Positions 11,828-24,284 of a stretch of DNA of 64,000 nt are shown in pieces. Origin of the DNA: Marsupella aquatica (lineage: Eukaryota; Plantae; Marchantiophyta); contig OZ316897.1 of assembly GCA_973895155.1 (NCBI GenBank), positions 10,811,832-10,875,831 on the forward strand, in the 5' to 3' direction. The translations under genes were made by a program, and so were the position numbers. Numbering within the stretch: position 1 is the stretch's first letter; every line of letters begins with the position of its first letter. Under the pieces are notes generated by a model that saw only the letters and a list, made by a program, of their open reading frames with translations, did no database searches and had not been told where the DNA came from.

Positions 11828-14284
11828 ATGGGCAAAGAACAGCAGTCTTTGGAGGCAATTTGCTACAGGCGAGGGCATCTGGAGCTGCTGGATCAGAAAA
11901 GGTTGCCTCATGAATCGGTCTATGTCAAGATTCTGGATTCCAATGCAGCCTGGCATGCTATCAGAGACATGGTGGTCCGTGGAGCACCTGCCATTGGTGT
12001 GACGGCTGCGCTCGCTATGGCCGTGGAGGTGTTTAATTTGGCTGATTCCTTCGAGGGGGATGCAAAACAAGCTGAATCATACATCCAAGACCGCCTCAAT
12101 TTTCTCGTGACCAGTCGCCCAACTGCAGTGAATCTCGCAGACGCCTCCGAGAAGCTGCAGAAAGTGGTGTCAGTGGCTGCCACCCTAAATGCAGCCACTC
12201 CTCACACAGTTTTCGAGACTTTCGTGGAGGCTGCCGAGGCCATCCTTGCAGAGGATGTGATATCCAACAAATCCATCGGAGAATTCGGTGCCAAAGCCAT
12301 CTTGAAGTCAACGAAATCAGAGAAGGATTTGAGGATTCTCACGCATTGTAACACTGGGTCTTTGGCTACTGCAGGGTATGGAACCGCGTTGGGTGTCATC
12401 CGGAGTTTGCATTCTCAGGACAAGCTCAAGACTGCATACTGCACCGAAACTCGGCCTTACAATCAGGGCTCCAGATTGACGGCCTATGAGCTGGTACATG
12501 ACCAAATCCCCGCGGTTCTCATCGCAGACTCTGCTGCTGCAGCTCTACTGGCGTCTGGGGTCGTTGATGCAGTAGTTGTGGGAGCCGACAGAATAGCAGC
12601 AAATGGTGATACGGCCAACAAAATTGGCACTCTCAGCCTGGCTCTGGCCGCCTTCCAATTGGGGGTTCCCTTCTTCATTGCTGCTCCCCTGACAACGATA
12701 GACACTTCGACCCCATCCGGGAAAGAGATTGTCATTGAAGAGCGGAGCCATTCGGAGCTCACACATGCCAGTGGGGGATCCGGTTCTCGAATTGCTGCTG
12801 ATGGGATTGGCGTGTGGAATCCAGCTTTTGATGTCACCACGGCTAAGTACATAGCTGGCATCATCACCGACAAAGGCATTATTTGGCAGGACAAGAAAAC
12901 CCATGCATTGGATGTGGTCAAATTCGTCAACAATGCTCATCAATTAGACCAATCTGTTGTGGAAGAGATTCCTATGGAGATTGACAAAGGCCCAGAAATG
13001 GCTGATGGACACAGATCTGATGGAAATCCTCCAGAGAAAAGGAGAAATTTCTATCAACTGGATGAGAAGGGAGCGGTGGAGTACCTGGCAAATATCCCGG
13101 CTCTGGCAGGAAGACTCGGAGGTTCTACTGCGCAATGGGACGTCAAAGAGGTGGGCGATGGGAATTTGAACTATGTGTACATTGTACTGGGTCCCAAAGG
13201 ATCGCTTGTACTGAAACAGTCTCTTCCTCACGTCCGATGCGTGGGAGACTCTTGGCCGATGACGTTGGAGCGCACTTATTTCGAGCAAAGGACACTGAAA
13301 CAGGAGTTCCAGATAGTTCCTGAGCATGTGCCGGAAGTGTACTATTTTGACCATCCCATGGCAGCCATAGCCATGCGCTATTTGGAACCGCCCCACATCA
13401 TCTTGAGGAAGGGTTTGATCGGTGGGATTGTCTATCCTCTTCTTGCAGAGCACATTTCTTCTTTCCTTGCCAAAACACTTTTCAGCACTTCTCTGCTGGC
13501 CCTCGACACCATCGAGCACAAAAAGGCCGTGGCGGAGTCCTATGGGAACTACGAGATGTGTACGCTCACAGAGAAAGTAATATTCACAGAGCCCTATATG
13601 ATTGCTTCTAATAATAGGTGGACTTCACCTCAACTGGACGATGAGGCCAAAGCTATCCGAGAGGATAATGATTTGAAATTAGAAATTGCCCAGCTTAAGG
13701 ATAAGTTTTGCAGCCAAACTCAGGCATCCCTCCATGGGGATCTGCATACTGGATCTGTGATGGTCACGGACACTTCCACACAAGTGATAGACCCCGAATT
13801 CAGCTTTTATGGTCCGAGTGGATTTGACATCGGTGCTTTTCTGGGGAACCTCATCATGGCATATTTCTCTCAGGATGGTCACTCTCAAGCCACCGGTGAT
13901 CGAGACGACTACAAGCGCTGGATCTTAAAAACCTTGTCAGAGACATGGACTCTATTCGAACGGAAATTCAAGGCTGAATGGGATGGGAAGTGGGTCAATC
14001 CCGGGGATGCATACGTGGCCGAGGTGTACAACAATCCAGTAGTGAAGGAGCTGGCACAAAAGAGATACTTGACGGAGCTTTTTCACGATTCTCTGGGATT
14101 TGCTGGTGCCAAGATTATCAGAAGAATTGTCGGTATTTCCCATGTGGAAGATTTGGAATCCATCCTGGACGTAGAAAGACGGGCAGCAGCGGAGCGAAAT
14201 TGTCTCAAGGCAGCCATTTATTTGTTAAAGAGTAGAAAACAGCTTACAGACATTGCTCAAGTTGTAGATTTCGTCTCGGCTTGA
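11828..14284 (+). CDS. Bifunctional methylthioribose-1-phosphate isomerase / S-methyl-5-thioribose kinase (MtnA-MtnK, MTI-MTK) fusion, 818 aa, no intron in CDS
   Basis: N-half has eIF2B-like isomerase motifs MVVRGAPAIG, RPTAVNL, THCNTGSLAT, ETRP..QG, GADRI..NGDTANKIGT and NPAFDVT. A charged linker of about 40 aa follows. C-half has MTR kinase motifs EVGDGNLNYV, LKQ, LHGDLHTGS and IDPEFSFYGP. The ORF is uninterrupted. Confidence 0.95.
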   Translation: MGKEQQSLEAICYRRGHLELLDQKRLPHESVYVKILDSNAAWHAIRDMVVRGAPAIGVTAALAMAVEVFNLADSFEGDAKQAESYIQDRLNFLVTSRPTAVNLADASEKLQKVVSVAATLNAATPHTVFETFVEAAEAILAEDVISNKSIGEFGAKAILKSTKSEKDLRILTHCNTGSLATAGYGTALGVIRSLHSQDKLKTAYCTETRPYNQGSRLTAYELVHDQIPAVLIADSAAAALLASGVVDAVVVGADRIAANGDTANKIGTLSLALAAFQLGVPFFIAAPLTTIDTSTPSGKEIVIEERSHSELTHASGGSGSRIAADGIGVWNPAFDVTTAKYIAGIITDKGIIWQDKKTHALDVVKFVNNAHQLDQSVVEEIPMEIDKGPEMADGHRSDGNPPEKRRNFYQLDEKGAVEYLANIPALAGRLGGSTAQWDVKEVGDGNLNYVYIVLGPKGSLVLKQSLPHVRCVGDSWPMTLERTYFEQRTLKQEFQIVPEHVPEVYYFDHPMAAIAMRYLEPPHIILRKGLIGGIVYPLLAEHISSFLAKTLFSTSLLALDTIEHKKAVAESYGNYEMCTLTEKVIFTEPYMIASNNRWTSPQLDDEAKAIREDNDLKLEIAQLKDKFCSQTQASLHGDLHTGSVMVTDTSTQVIDPEFSFYGPSGFDIGAFLGNLIMAYFSQDGHSQATGDRDDYKRWILKTLSETWTLFERKFKAEWDGKWVNPGDAYVAEVYNNPVVKELAQKRYLTELFHDSLGFAGAKIIRRIVGISHVEDLESILDVERRAAAERNCLKAAIYLLKSRKQLTDIAQVVDFVSA

Positions 14285-15799
14285 TTGTGCTCGACGCCTA
14301 AATCCATCACTCCTAAGTAACCTTACTGACAATGTAAAATGGGAAGGATTAAGTATTTGGACACTATTCTACTTTGTGCTACTTTTGCGGAGCGACTTCA
14401 ATTCATGCACTTTTCTTGGATACTCTCTCGAGCAAGGTTATGTGATGGTGAGGGGCCAAGAAATGTATTTTACCTGTATCAGAGGTCGAGTTATACCACG
14501 ACATACGAGTACTTGTGAGCTGAACTTTGATCCGACTGCTCGAGTCCTGTTTTGACAATAACGTCGGCCGTCTTGAAGCAATTTTTTTAGATAAGCCTGA
14601 TTCACTACTTGTATCGATTCCATTTGTAACAAAAGTTTAGCCTGTAGCTAAGTAAATGTGACACTTGCTCGACAGAGTTTAGTTCCCTTGTCGGAATTTG
14701 CGGTTGAAAACAATCTTCTTAGACTTTGGGCACTGTTGTATCCGAGTTCACTAAATTGCAGGAAATTGGATGAAGTGAAATTTGATTTGGCACTCTGTTA
14801 CTTCTGATGAGTAACAGAGTGCCAAATCAAATTTCGGGCCATGGACAGGGTTATTTTGAAATACAAGAAAAATAGAAACAACGTCATCGTTCAACAAAAA
14901 TGAAACAACGTTATCTGTTTCAAATTGAGGAAGACTTTGAGAGCGCTCGTCTTGGAACCGGGACAATTCATCAGGCAAATGTTAAACTAGCGATGGATAC
15001 GAACTTTGCAAGTTTTGAAATTGCTGAGGGATAGTGGCACGTTTGGGATCACACTTTGCGATAGCAATCAATCAATGCGCACGACACAAGTTAAGACTGC
15101 TGATATCGTTTGTAGTCCACATCCTGGGTTAATACTTTGAAGCTCACGCCGCTTGCCTTCACCATGGGACTCAAGAAAGCCAAAACAGTGAAACATGAGA
15201 AATTCCCCAACCGATGACCCATGAAATTTTAGAACAGGCAGCAACAAAGAAGGCACCCGCCAAGGAGACCCAAACAGAAAACGCATTGCACGCTAAATAC
15301 CTTCAGTCCATAGTGGAGGAATCTAGGGATGGCAATTTGTACAAGGATGTCTCTAGCTTTTTGCCAGATCACAATCTTCTTCCTAAAAAACATACTAAAA
15401 GCAATTTCAAACTTGAAACCAAACTTGTGATCACTGACCAGATCTTCGGTAGTGAAATTTGTACATCCTGGACAAAAAGTAGCCACCACACAAATACATT
15501 CCCAACACCTTGGACATGCCTAGAAACATGGGACCAAAAGAGGCCAAAAAGTAAGGTAGAATACGCAGTTCTGAAACTGAATTCAAACAAACTTTCTAGG
15601 TCCCGGCCGGGGCTTCAGTCATTGGATAAGCTCTCAAGACCCTTGCGGCCTCGAGGACAAAGTCCGATTAAGGGTCTTTTTGAAAGGGACGAAAGCCATA
15701 AAAAAATGCTAAGTTGGATAGAAGATTGATACTCTGCCAGTAAATGTTTTCCGGCCTGTAGCATATATTACCCTATCGGTTGTGGTCCACATCTGCTGG

Positions 15800-18274
15800 C
15801 TAAGTGGAAATACCATCAAAACCTCTATTATGTACAGTTTTCGGTGAGAGCCACTTTCTAAAATGTAGGGTGACATAAACCAAGACCAACAGCACTGGAA
15901 CTTCAATAAGAGGTCCAATGGTGGCAGCCAGGGCCTCTTTCGAGTCAATTCCGAAGGCCCCCACAGCCACAGCTATAGCCAGTTCAAAATTGTTACTCGC
16001 TGCCGTAAACGATTGTGTCACAAGCTGCTGATATGGCAGCCGAAGGTATCGACAAACGGCAATAGAAGAGGCAAATGTGATAGAGAAGTAGAGGAGCATA
16101 GGCACTACCACCCGTGCAACGTTGCCTATGTTGTGGATAATCTCATGAGCCTGGATGGAGAACATCACAAATATAGTGTACAGCAGCCCAATCAGAGCCC
16201 AAGGGCCAATGAATCGCAGAAACTTGGTATCGTACCACTTGGACCCAGCTGCCTTCCTGAGAATGATCCTGGTCAAAAACCCACCAGCCAAGGGGACACC
16301 GAGAAAGAGAAGCACACTTTTGGCAACTGTCCATGCACCAACATCCACTCCTTGGCCTCGTGAAACAACCTTGAGGTAGAAAAGACTTACGGGGGTGAAG
16401 AGAGCAATTTGTAGAACTGAGTTGACAGCAACAACGATAGCACAAAGCTGGGAGTCTCCTTTGGCCAGCTCATTCCAGATGAGAACCATGGCAATGCACC
16501 GTGCAATTCCAATGAGAATAACCCCTGTTCTGTAGTGTGGAAGATCAGGAAGAGTGGCCCAAGCAAGACCAGTCATGAGCGCTGGACCCACGACCCAATT
16601 TAGAACAAGGCTGAGCACCAAATTCTTGCCTAATTGGCCGCTCTTCAGCATTTTGTACAGAAGCTCATATTGCACTTTGCAGAGTACGGGGTACATCATT
16701 ACCCACAACCCAATAGCGATAGGAAGTGAAACTGAGGCAACTTTAACTACTTGCAACCTGCTCCTGATGGATGGAACATAGTACCCAATCACCAGTGCCA
16801 ACGCCATCACTGCCAATATCCACACGAATAGAAACCGGTCCAGTATGGAGAGCTTTTTGTAAATTTCACCAGCTGCGCCAAAGAAAGCGTATGTAAAATC
16901 CTAAGTACGACATTGAATCGACTGTAAAGCAAACAGGCTTACAAGACGTGTGGAAAACAATAGATTGGAGGCAACAAGACAAATGTCTCAAAAATAGGAA
17001 GCAGAGGATCAAAAACTGCATAGAGTACCAAATCCAGCAACTTAAGGATCTTGCAGTGCCTTGATTATTTACTTCAATGACACTATTAACCGCAAATAAA
17101 CATAACTGGTAAAGAGCAAATCATTCAACAGGTAAACATGGTATGTATCTCAGAAGCTCGAAGCAATTAAACAGGTAGCAATCACAAAGATGAGGGCGGA
17201 GAGAGATGTTAAACCTCCAACTTTCTTTATGGCGTCAATTGCGCCTGCTATCGGTTGGCAGGTAAGCTCTTCTCCATTCGGCAGGACTAGGTAGACCTTA
17301 GTTCCATCTTCATAGGCCTTCAGTAATTAGAGTAACCATTAGTCACGACGAAGAGCAGCACATCACTGAAAATCACCTACACCCAACCTCACATTGAATA
17401 TAGAGCACATGCAATACTCCCGTCTTGACACGCTGATAACTGGGGAGAATTGAAGCACGTTCAGCAAGAAACGATCTCCGATAACCATTCAACCAAACAG
17501 GAACAGAAGATAGCATGATGTACCAGCTCCAAATCATCTGAACAGAACCGCTGGTCTGTACAAATCAAAGAACAAAGAAAACTAGCTCCTCCAACAGCTC
17601 AGGGAATGACAAACAGGGGAGGAACGGCTCCACAACCAGAGAGCACCATTAAACGTGACTACGAATGATACGAACCCAATGACATCAACGCTGAATGGTA
17701 GAATGGAGAGAGAACTAACAACCCAGAATGACGTCGGAACCGTAAATCACAGGGGAATTTCTTCTTTCTTCTTGTAAAACACAATCCGATAAAGAATTTA
17801 GAAAGGTCAACTAATGGTGTCTCTAGTCCATAGAACAATGACTATAGTGGGCTCAGGGACAACTAGACATCCAGGGATATCTCTTATGACAGACCAAGGA
17901 ACCTTCGAAACCCTAAAATGAAAGACGTGCTGCGCAATGGTGCACCAGAGTGCCCCTGTGAAAAATTTGAGACATATCAAACAAACAAAAAAGACAACGG
18001 CCAAGTATACCTGAACATTGCGCAGACAGTGCAGAGCAGTGTCGCCCCCTGGAAGAACTGGAAACTCGACGCTCGTGCCATTGTTAGTGAACCGACACCT
18101 CAACCCTTCGTTGGAGGATCGTCCAATTCTCTCTTCATCCCAGGACCCTCCTCCTTCTGGCTTACATTCAACAGTCATTTCTTCATGCGCTGCTCCTTCC
18201 ATTCTTGCTGGTCCGCCTCTGAATCCTCCTCTCCCGGCATCATCGACCTCCTGGGCTAACTCTATTTGGTCCAT
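15800..18274 (-). CDS. ACR3: ACR3 arsenite/antimonite efflux transporter with N-terminal extension (3 exons, about 479 aa)
   Basis: Exons 18274-18011, 17317-17215 and 16872-15800 with GT-AG junctions in consistent phase. Motifs KLSILDRFL, GLWVMMYP, NWVVGP, GIARCIAMVLIWN, SNNFELAIAVA and GPLIEVPVL. Confidence 0.93.
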
Positions 18275-21200
18275 GGTTCCAAAATTGCACTCTCAAGCTC
18301 GTCTTCCAGAATCAGACGAGACCTACTCACAAACTCACAAACTCACAATCTCAAAAGCAGCTGAAACTCATCACCGAGGAACGGGAGCTGCACAATTTCA
18401 ACCGTTACCGTAAGACCTGCGCGAAATGACACCAGGCCAAAATATTCCTTTTCTAGTTCTCAAATTAATGTATACACTGAAAGATGCTTAGAATTCAAAA
18501 AAATTTCGTGAGCCAATTCTTGGGAGGTTCACAAGCACTCTACAATATATTTGTCAGCCGGGTCAAAATCTCAGTAATCATTTAATTATTGCAAGAACCA
18601 GTATGGCACTATTGTATAGGAAATTCTGCGTTTCGGATCAGTTGTCTTGGATCAGTCACCATGTCCCTCTGATTCATCCGATCATCCGAAAGAAATATTT
18701 TAGGAACAATGCATCGAAGTTCTCAAATGTACTAATCAAGTTTTTTAAGTCCTGCTGTTTGCCTTAGATACGCCACCATCTCGCTTTGAGTTATCGTAGA
18801 GCAAGATGGTAGAAAAACTGCGATGAAGTACTCAAATCTACTAATCATTAAAATTTCTACAGTCCAGAGCGATTGCCGTCGACCAGCCACCGCATGGCCA
18901 TCAACTAGCCACCACATAGCTTTTTCACTCTGACAGCAATACTCAAAAAATCACCGCAATTTACCGCGCACAAACAAACAAAAAGTTTACTATGGACGAA
19001 GGTCGTCTTGGCAGAATATACCCATTTGTTTTCACATGTGTTCTATATTTCCAGATAGTTTAGTGCCTCTCACATGAATTACACTACCCAACAAATTATG
19101 TGGCCTGTTCTGCTTTCTAAACTGAGGTCACTCTACGCAACACGCATATCAAACTTTGACGCTGTTAGACTGACTCCAGAACTTGTCCTATTGAACTACT
19201 TGTAGTTGTCTATTATAAGATAGAGCAATAAAAGTAGCATCACTTCCACTCTTTGCTGGCAGTCCACTACATCTAAGCCTTGAAGCCTTTTTGCATCGAC
19301 CGAAGTACCGTCATCGACAGTATAGATTGCAGACACAATTGGCAAACTCCAAACACAAATCCCGGGTCTGCCTCGCAAGATTCGCTGTCATCCCCATATA
19401 AGTACGAACTAACGAACCTCATTAAAAAGAAATTGGAAACCCTTCCGGATGTTTGGGGTCTGGAATGTTCCGATCGGAAAGGAGAGCTCACCAGCTTCAC
19501 AAGCAGCTCGAGGATGTTAGCCAGAAAGTGAAATGAAAGGCACCCAAATAGAAAATTGACAACCTCGACCAGAGCGTGAGATAGAACTGATGCCGGCCTT
19601 TGGGAGATTCATAAGGAGCTTCATCACTGGCCGGTCTTAGCACTTCGGCCTCCGGTCCCCCTTGGGTGTTGTCCCCGCTTTTGTGGGCCACGTATGTTGT
19701 CTCTTTGAATGGATTTCAATTCGATATTTCAAGGCAAAAAAAGAACTACGAGCGTGACAACCGGTATCAATTGGTTAGCGATCTCAGTCGCGCCCCTGCG
19801 TTGATCTTGTGGCAGAGCTAGTCCGACATTGCGCAAACGGTTCTGTTCGCTTGTGTCCATAGTGCAGGGAGGTCCCAGATGGCGTGTGCCATGTTCAATT
19901 TGCTACAGTAGCAGATCCCAGTCAAGAGAAAGGGATCGCGACGGGTGACTGAACCAGGAGAGCGGGTGCATTCCGGATGGGTGTTGCCATGAAAGGATGT
20001 CGAATGAGAAGCCGAAGTTGTTGAACAAGGAGTTCGCATCTACTGCCAATTTCCTCATTACCATTGCCCTCACGTACCCGCGGACTGGCCTCTGCAAGAT
20101 CCCAAAGGCAAAAGCCTGGAACAGGTGAAGATTATTACGGATGAATTGCATAAACGGGTCCTGGAAGGCTGGGGAAAGCAGCCTAACCATCAGGATGAAC
20201 AGAACAACGAGGAAGCGCTTTACAGTCCTGACTCAAGACTATATCTATGAGGCGAATGCGTAGCTAGAGATCAACAACTCAAAAAATCATTGGACCAACG
20301 AGTGACATTACGTCATTGTAAAAGTATCGTTTGAGGAAGTGCTTGAACCAATGGTGCTCAAGAATTTAACATGGCTCTCAAGAATTTAACCTACACATTA
20401 TTTTCGAGCGAATTACTTCGAGAACAAGTGATACGTCTTATGTACACTTCCTGAGTTATCTCCTGCACGTTTTTTCTAGCAGATGGAAAAGTGTTCTTCA
20501 AATGTGCAGAGTCTTTGCAATAAAGTGTACGGTGCCAAAAGGTTCTTGTTTGAAGAAGCTCATAAGGACTACGGTAGTTTCCTGAGTACTCGTTCTTCAA
20601 TAGAACTTCCCAGACCTGCGAATGAGGTATTTGAAACTGCTACGTAGCTCGCTTCTGACTGAAATTCAACTGAACGCCACAACGTCCACAAAAACTGGTG
20701 CAACAGTATAATCAAGATCGTCACAGTGTCATGTGTTTATATAGATGTTCCACCGTATGTGGATTTCATAGGTGACGTTTCATCACCACCAGTAAATAAA
20801 AATCCGTGCATTCTAAACGGGAAGTTCAGTGATTGACAACTGTGTTTTGTCCAGTCTGTTGCACTATGTGCTGAAAGTAGATCTCGCTGTTCTCATTGTT
20901 GTGACATTCAATTCTGCGCAATTAAGAATATCATCTTTTTGACTCTACTCTCCTCGATGCTACATTCCAAATGAAATTGTGATGCTATTGTCATGAACAA
21001 AGGTGATGACCGCATATAGATGTCAATGCTTGGAGGGATGTAGTTGTAGCAGTAGTTCCAGTGCTGGTGGGGAACGTTCCGATAGACTCCTCTAGCTTCT
21101 ATAGTCTATCTAGAAGCCACTAATGTAATTCTTGAACATAAACGAGTTTTGCAGTCTTCCACAGATTGACGAGGTTGACCTATTCGTACCAAGAGTGCTT

Positions 21201-21425
21201 ACTCTGCTGCGTTGGACGTAAGGATGAAGAAGCCACAAATATTTTCTTCATAGAGAATGGCGAATTGTCCAACACTGACTGCTCTTATACTCGATGACAT
21301 GCACCGTCGATTGCAATTCCCTGCTGTTATCAATACTTTGGAATCGTAAAAACATACTGTACGAGATGCAAATCTCTGCTGCCCCTCTTCAACCCAGAGC
21401 CATCAAGTCCCACGAATATTTTGTC

Positions 21426-22833
21426 CTAGGTCATATAAGGTTTCCATGTTCCCTGCCTGTACTTTTCTATGTACCGCAATATGAGTTTCCTCTGCACAGA
21501 CATTTGCGACAACCAATAGACTGTAACGTTCAGTACCAATAGAAGGGAAGCATATACTGACAATAAAATGGATTTCGAAGTACAGTGCCAAGCTAGTGCT
21601 GCTTCGGACTACCATCCCTTAATGTCACAACATTTTCCACTAGATTAGAGATAGCTGGTAGCTGTGTGGTGTCTCTCAGCGTCATGCCTGCAACCTAATA
21701 CAGACTTTGAAATAGCTTTCCCAAACCCACGGAAGACTGCAGAGACACGGATCCACAGCATCGCAACAAGTCATCGGTAAATAAAACCGAAAACAAGACT
21801 GAATTTTTTCGACTGCATTTTCAGAAGCATTGATCGGCTGAAGAACTCTTCTAGAGGACAAAAGTTCTTCGTTCGGCATGATATACAGTCTCTGTTCCGG
21901 GCATGCTCCACAGCATTTGCGCAAAAAGGGGGAGCACTGGTACCTGTTGACAAGGGATACCAAGCCCTTTCAAGCTTCCTCCTCGAAACCGCAAAAAATT
22001 AGGTAACGACCCTGCCTCCTTCGCCATTTTATCAGCATGCGCCTCCACGCCCTTCCCAATAGCCCTTAGAAAATCTTGCACTTCTACACCTGCATCAGTA
22101 GGGACTTGCTCCATCAGCGACGTTTCTCATTCTCAAAACCACAGTTACTCCTGGCAATTCCTTGGCCATTTAGGTCATGCACGATTCTGGCCTATGAGTC
22201 AAGAAAACGACTACGGGGGGCAACTGCAACACCGCAGTTCAGAAGAACAGAAGAAATGCAAGGTCCACAATGTTTGTAGTGGAAGGTCCACAACGTTCGT
22301 TTCACTACAGGAGAATTTTGAGTGGCAGACAAAGACCACAAGGCATATTTAGAGATAGTCAAGGGTTCGTTTTTCCAAGCCATATCGTTTTCCGATTGTA
22401 TCTCTGCTCGGCATGTTCAAAGTGCTCGTTGCTACGCTACATCAAGCACACAATGGCTGCTCAAACCTATCCTAGTCGTAAAAGGCCTTGTTAACTCGAT
22501 CGTTATTCTCCACATACCGAGGAAACAAGTTGCCTAAACCCTAACCCTCACCGCCAGTTCGAGTCCTAAGGGGAAGTGTCCATAATCGATGAGAGTGACA
22601 ACTATTAGTACCTTTCTGCCATTCTGCATAACAAGCGCGACTTTAGATAGATCCAGAGTGTTGGATCGACATGAATAACAAGAAGAAACGCAGAAATCCA
22701 GACAGATGGCTGTCGAGCAGAGCATCTTACCAGAAGAAGAAGAAGAAGAAGAAGAAGGCGCATTCGTTGAAGGGGATGCCGAGGTGGAATACAGACGAGC
22801 CCCACACCGAAGCAATGCTCCCCTCGCTGCCAT
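21426..22833 (-). CDS. IGR-motif / mS41 (Fyv4-like) mitochondrial small ribosomal subunit protein, about 104 aa
   Basis: Exons 22833-22731 (Arg/Ser-rich transit peptide, (TCT)n poly-Ser), 22089-21944 (FLRAIGKGVEAHADK...LKGLGIPCQQ) and 21491-21426 (RKLILRYIEKYRQGTWKP). GT-AG, phases consistent. Confidence 0.82.
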
Positions 22834-23279
22834 CTCTACCACCGCTCCGGCAATTCTCTATCGAAGCACAACTGAAATTGATACTGAATCAAGACTGCAC
22901 CGGAAGAGAATGAAGGCATTTGCCATATCCTACTTCATGTCTCCGGAAACCAAGCCCTACATTCTCGTTTGCGGCTATTATATATCGACCTTAACAATGT
23001 CGTTTGCGGCCGGCCGTTCGACGTATTCGCCCTCCAGTCCGTCTGTCCACGCCTAAGTCTCCGGGAAACCAAACCGTATTCTCATTTGCGTCCGGCCGGT
23101 TGACGTATTATCCCTTTATTCCGTCTGTCCGTCCCTAAACACAGCATTTTCCGGAAACGGCTTTTGCAGACACGTCCATTTAGTCTATGAGATTAGGAAC
23201 TTAAACCCGGGATTGTTTTTTCAACCTGGATAGACATCAGAAAAAACTTTTTTTGGGTCATATTAGCTCAATACTTATG

Positions 23280-24255
23280 CCTTCTACAAAAGATGTAGTG
23301 AAAAAAATTATCATGATACCCAAGATGTAGCTAAAAGAAACGATACCGTGACCTTCAAGATGTCATTTTGAGAAAAGATATAATTAAGAGAAAATATATC
23401 ATGTACCAAAGATATTGTGAAGAGAAAGATCTTATAGCCCAGATAGGCATGATTTTGTGGTAGTTCACTTGAATAGAGACTAATAAGTCTTGGGTTCAAG
23501 TGTTGTGAGCTAACTCTTTCAAACTATTGTGATTGACTCTTGCCTTCAAGTGAGGTTTCACAGATTTCTCTTTAAAAAAAAAAGAGAAAAAAGAAAGATG
23601 TCATATCTCCAAAGATATCCTTAAGAGAATAGATGATACGTACGCCCAAGATGAGGTTAAGAAAAAATGTCCATACTCCCAAGATATGGTAAGAGAAAAG
23701 ATATTGTTAAATATAAAGTTGTTGTTAAGGGAAAATATATTGTTAAATATAAAGTTATTGTTGTTAGATATTGCTCTAGTCTTGTGACTCATGAGCTAAC
23801 TACAATTAGGCTAACTCGGGTTAGGACTTAGCTATTGTTAGCGGTAGTGTTGTTGTGTATATAGCCAGGGCTGATGCCAGACCCTGGTGGAACTTAGACT
23901 CATTGTTACGGAGCTAGTTGAGAGATAGGGAGAGCTTGTGCTGTGGATGCTTGGTATGGCCGGTCGGCCTAGAGTGCAGTAAAGCTCTTGTGTGTTCCCG
24001 TGGACGTAGCCTCATGTGGAGGTGAACCACGTATCTCTCTATGTCGACTATTGTGCGTTGGATGGTTCATGGGCTTGCCGTTACGAATGTCGTCTATGCT
24101 CAACAATTGTTAAGGGAAAATATATTGTTAAATATAAAGTTGTTGTTAAGTACAAAATGATCCATGTACTTAGTCATATATATGTTCTCAAGTTCTGTTG
24201 CATTTAAGATATTGTTAAATAAAATATGTCATTAAGTAAAATATGTGGTTGCTTG
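23280..24255. repeat. AT-rich degenerate AAAGAT(G/A)T-type tandem/low-complexity repeat, continuing at 27651-27870
   Basis: Repeated AAAGATGT/AAAGATAT units and a ~33-bp unit (GTTGTTAAGGGAAAATATATTGTTAAATATAAA). Split by two Copia insertions. Confidence 0.6.
23762..24105 (+). repeat. Copia solo LTR with perfect 5-bp TSD ATTGT
   Basis: TGTTAG...CAACA, with ATTGT at 23757-23761 and 24106-24110. Confidence 0.95.
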
Positions 24256-24284
24256 TGTTGGAATTGGAATCTCCAATTGTGGAA

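Noticed and set aside
15214-15729. 171-aa plus-strand ORF
   Set aside because: Antisense to the probable ACR3 3' UTR, no domain similarity recognised.
11828-18274. Bacterial contamination or a recently transferred mtnA-mtnK/acr3 operon
   Set aside because: Genes are convergent, ACR3 has spliceosomal introns, both fusion halves carry plant-type signatures, and the flanks are plant TEs.
11828-18274. Functional arsenic/methionine gene cluster
   Set aside because: Arsenic methylation yields SAH rather than MTA and no arsM/arsC is present. Adjacency alone is not evidence.
19497-20190. Short minus-strand ORFs between ACR3 and the mS41-like gene
   Set aside because: No coherent exon chain or recognisable protein; the mS41-like CDS already terminates at 21426.
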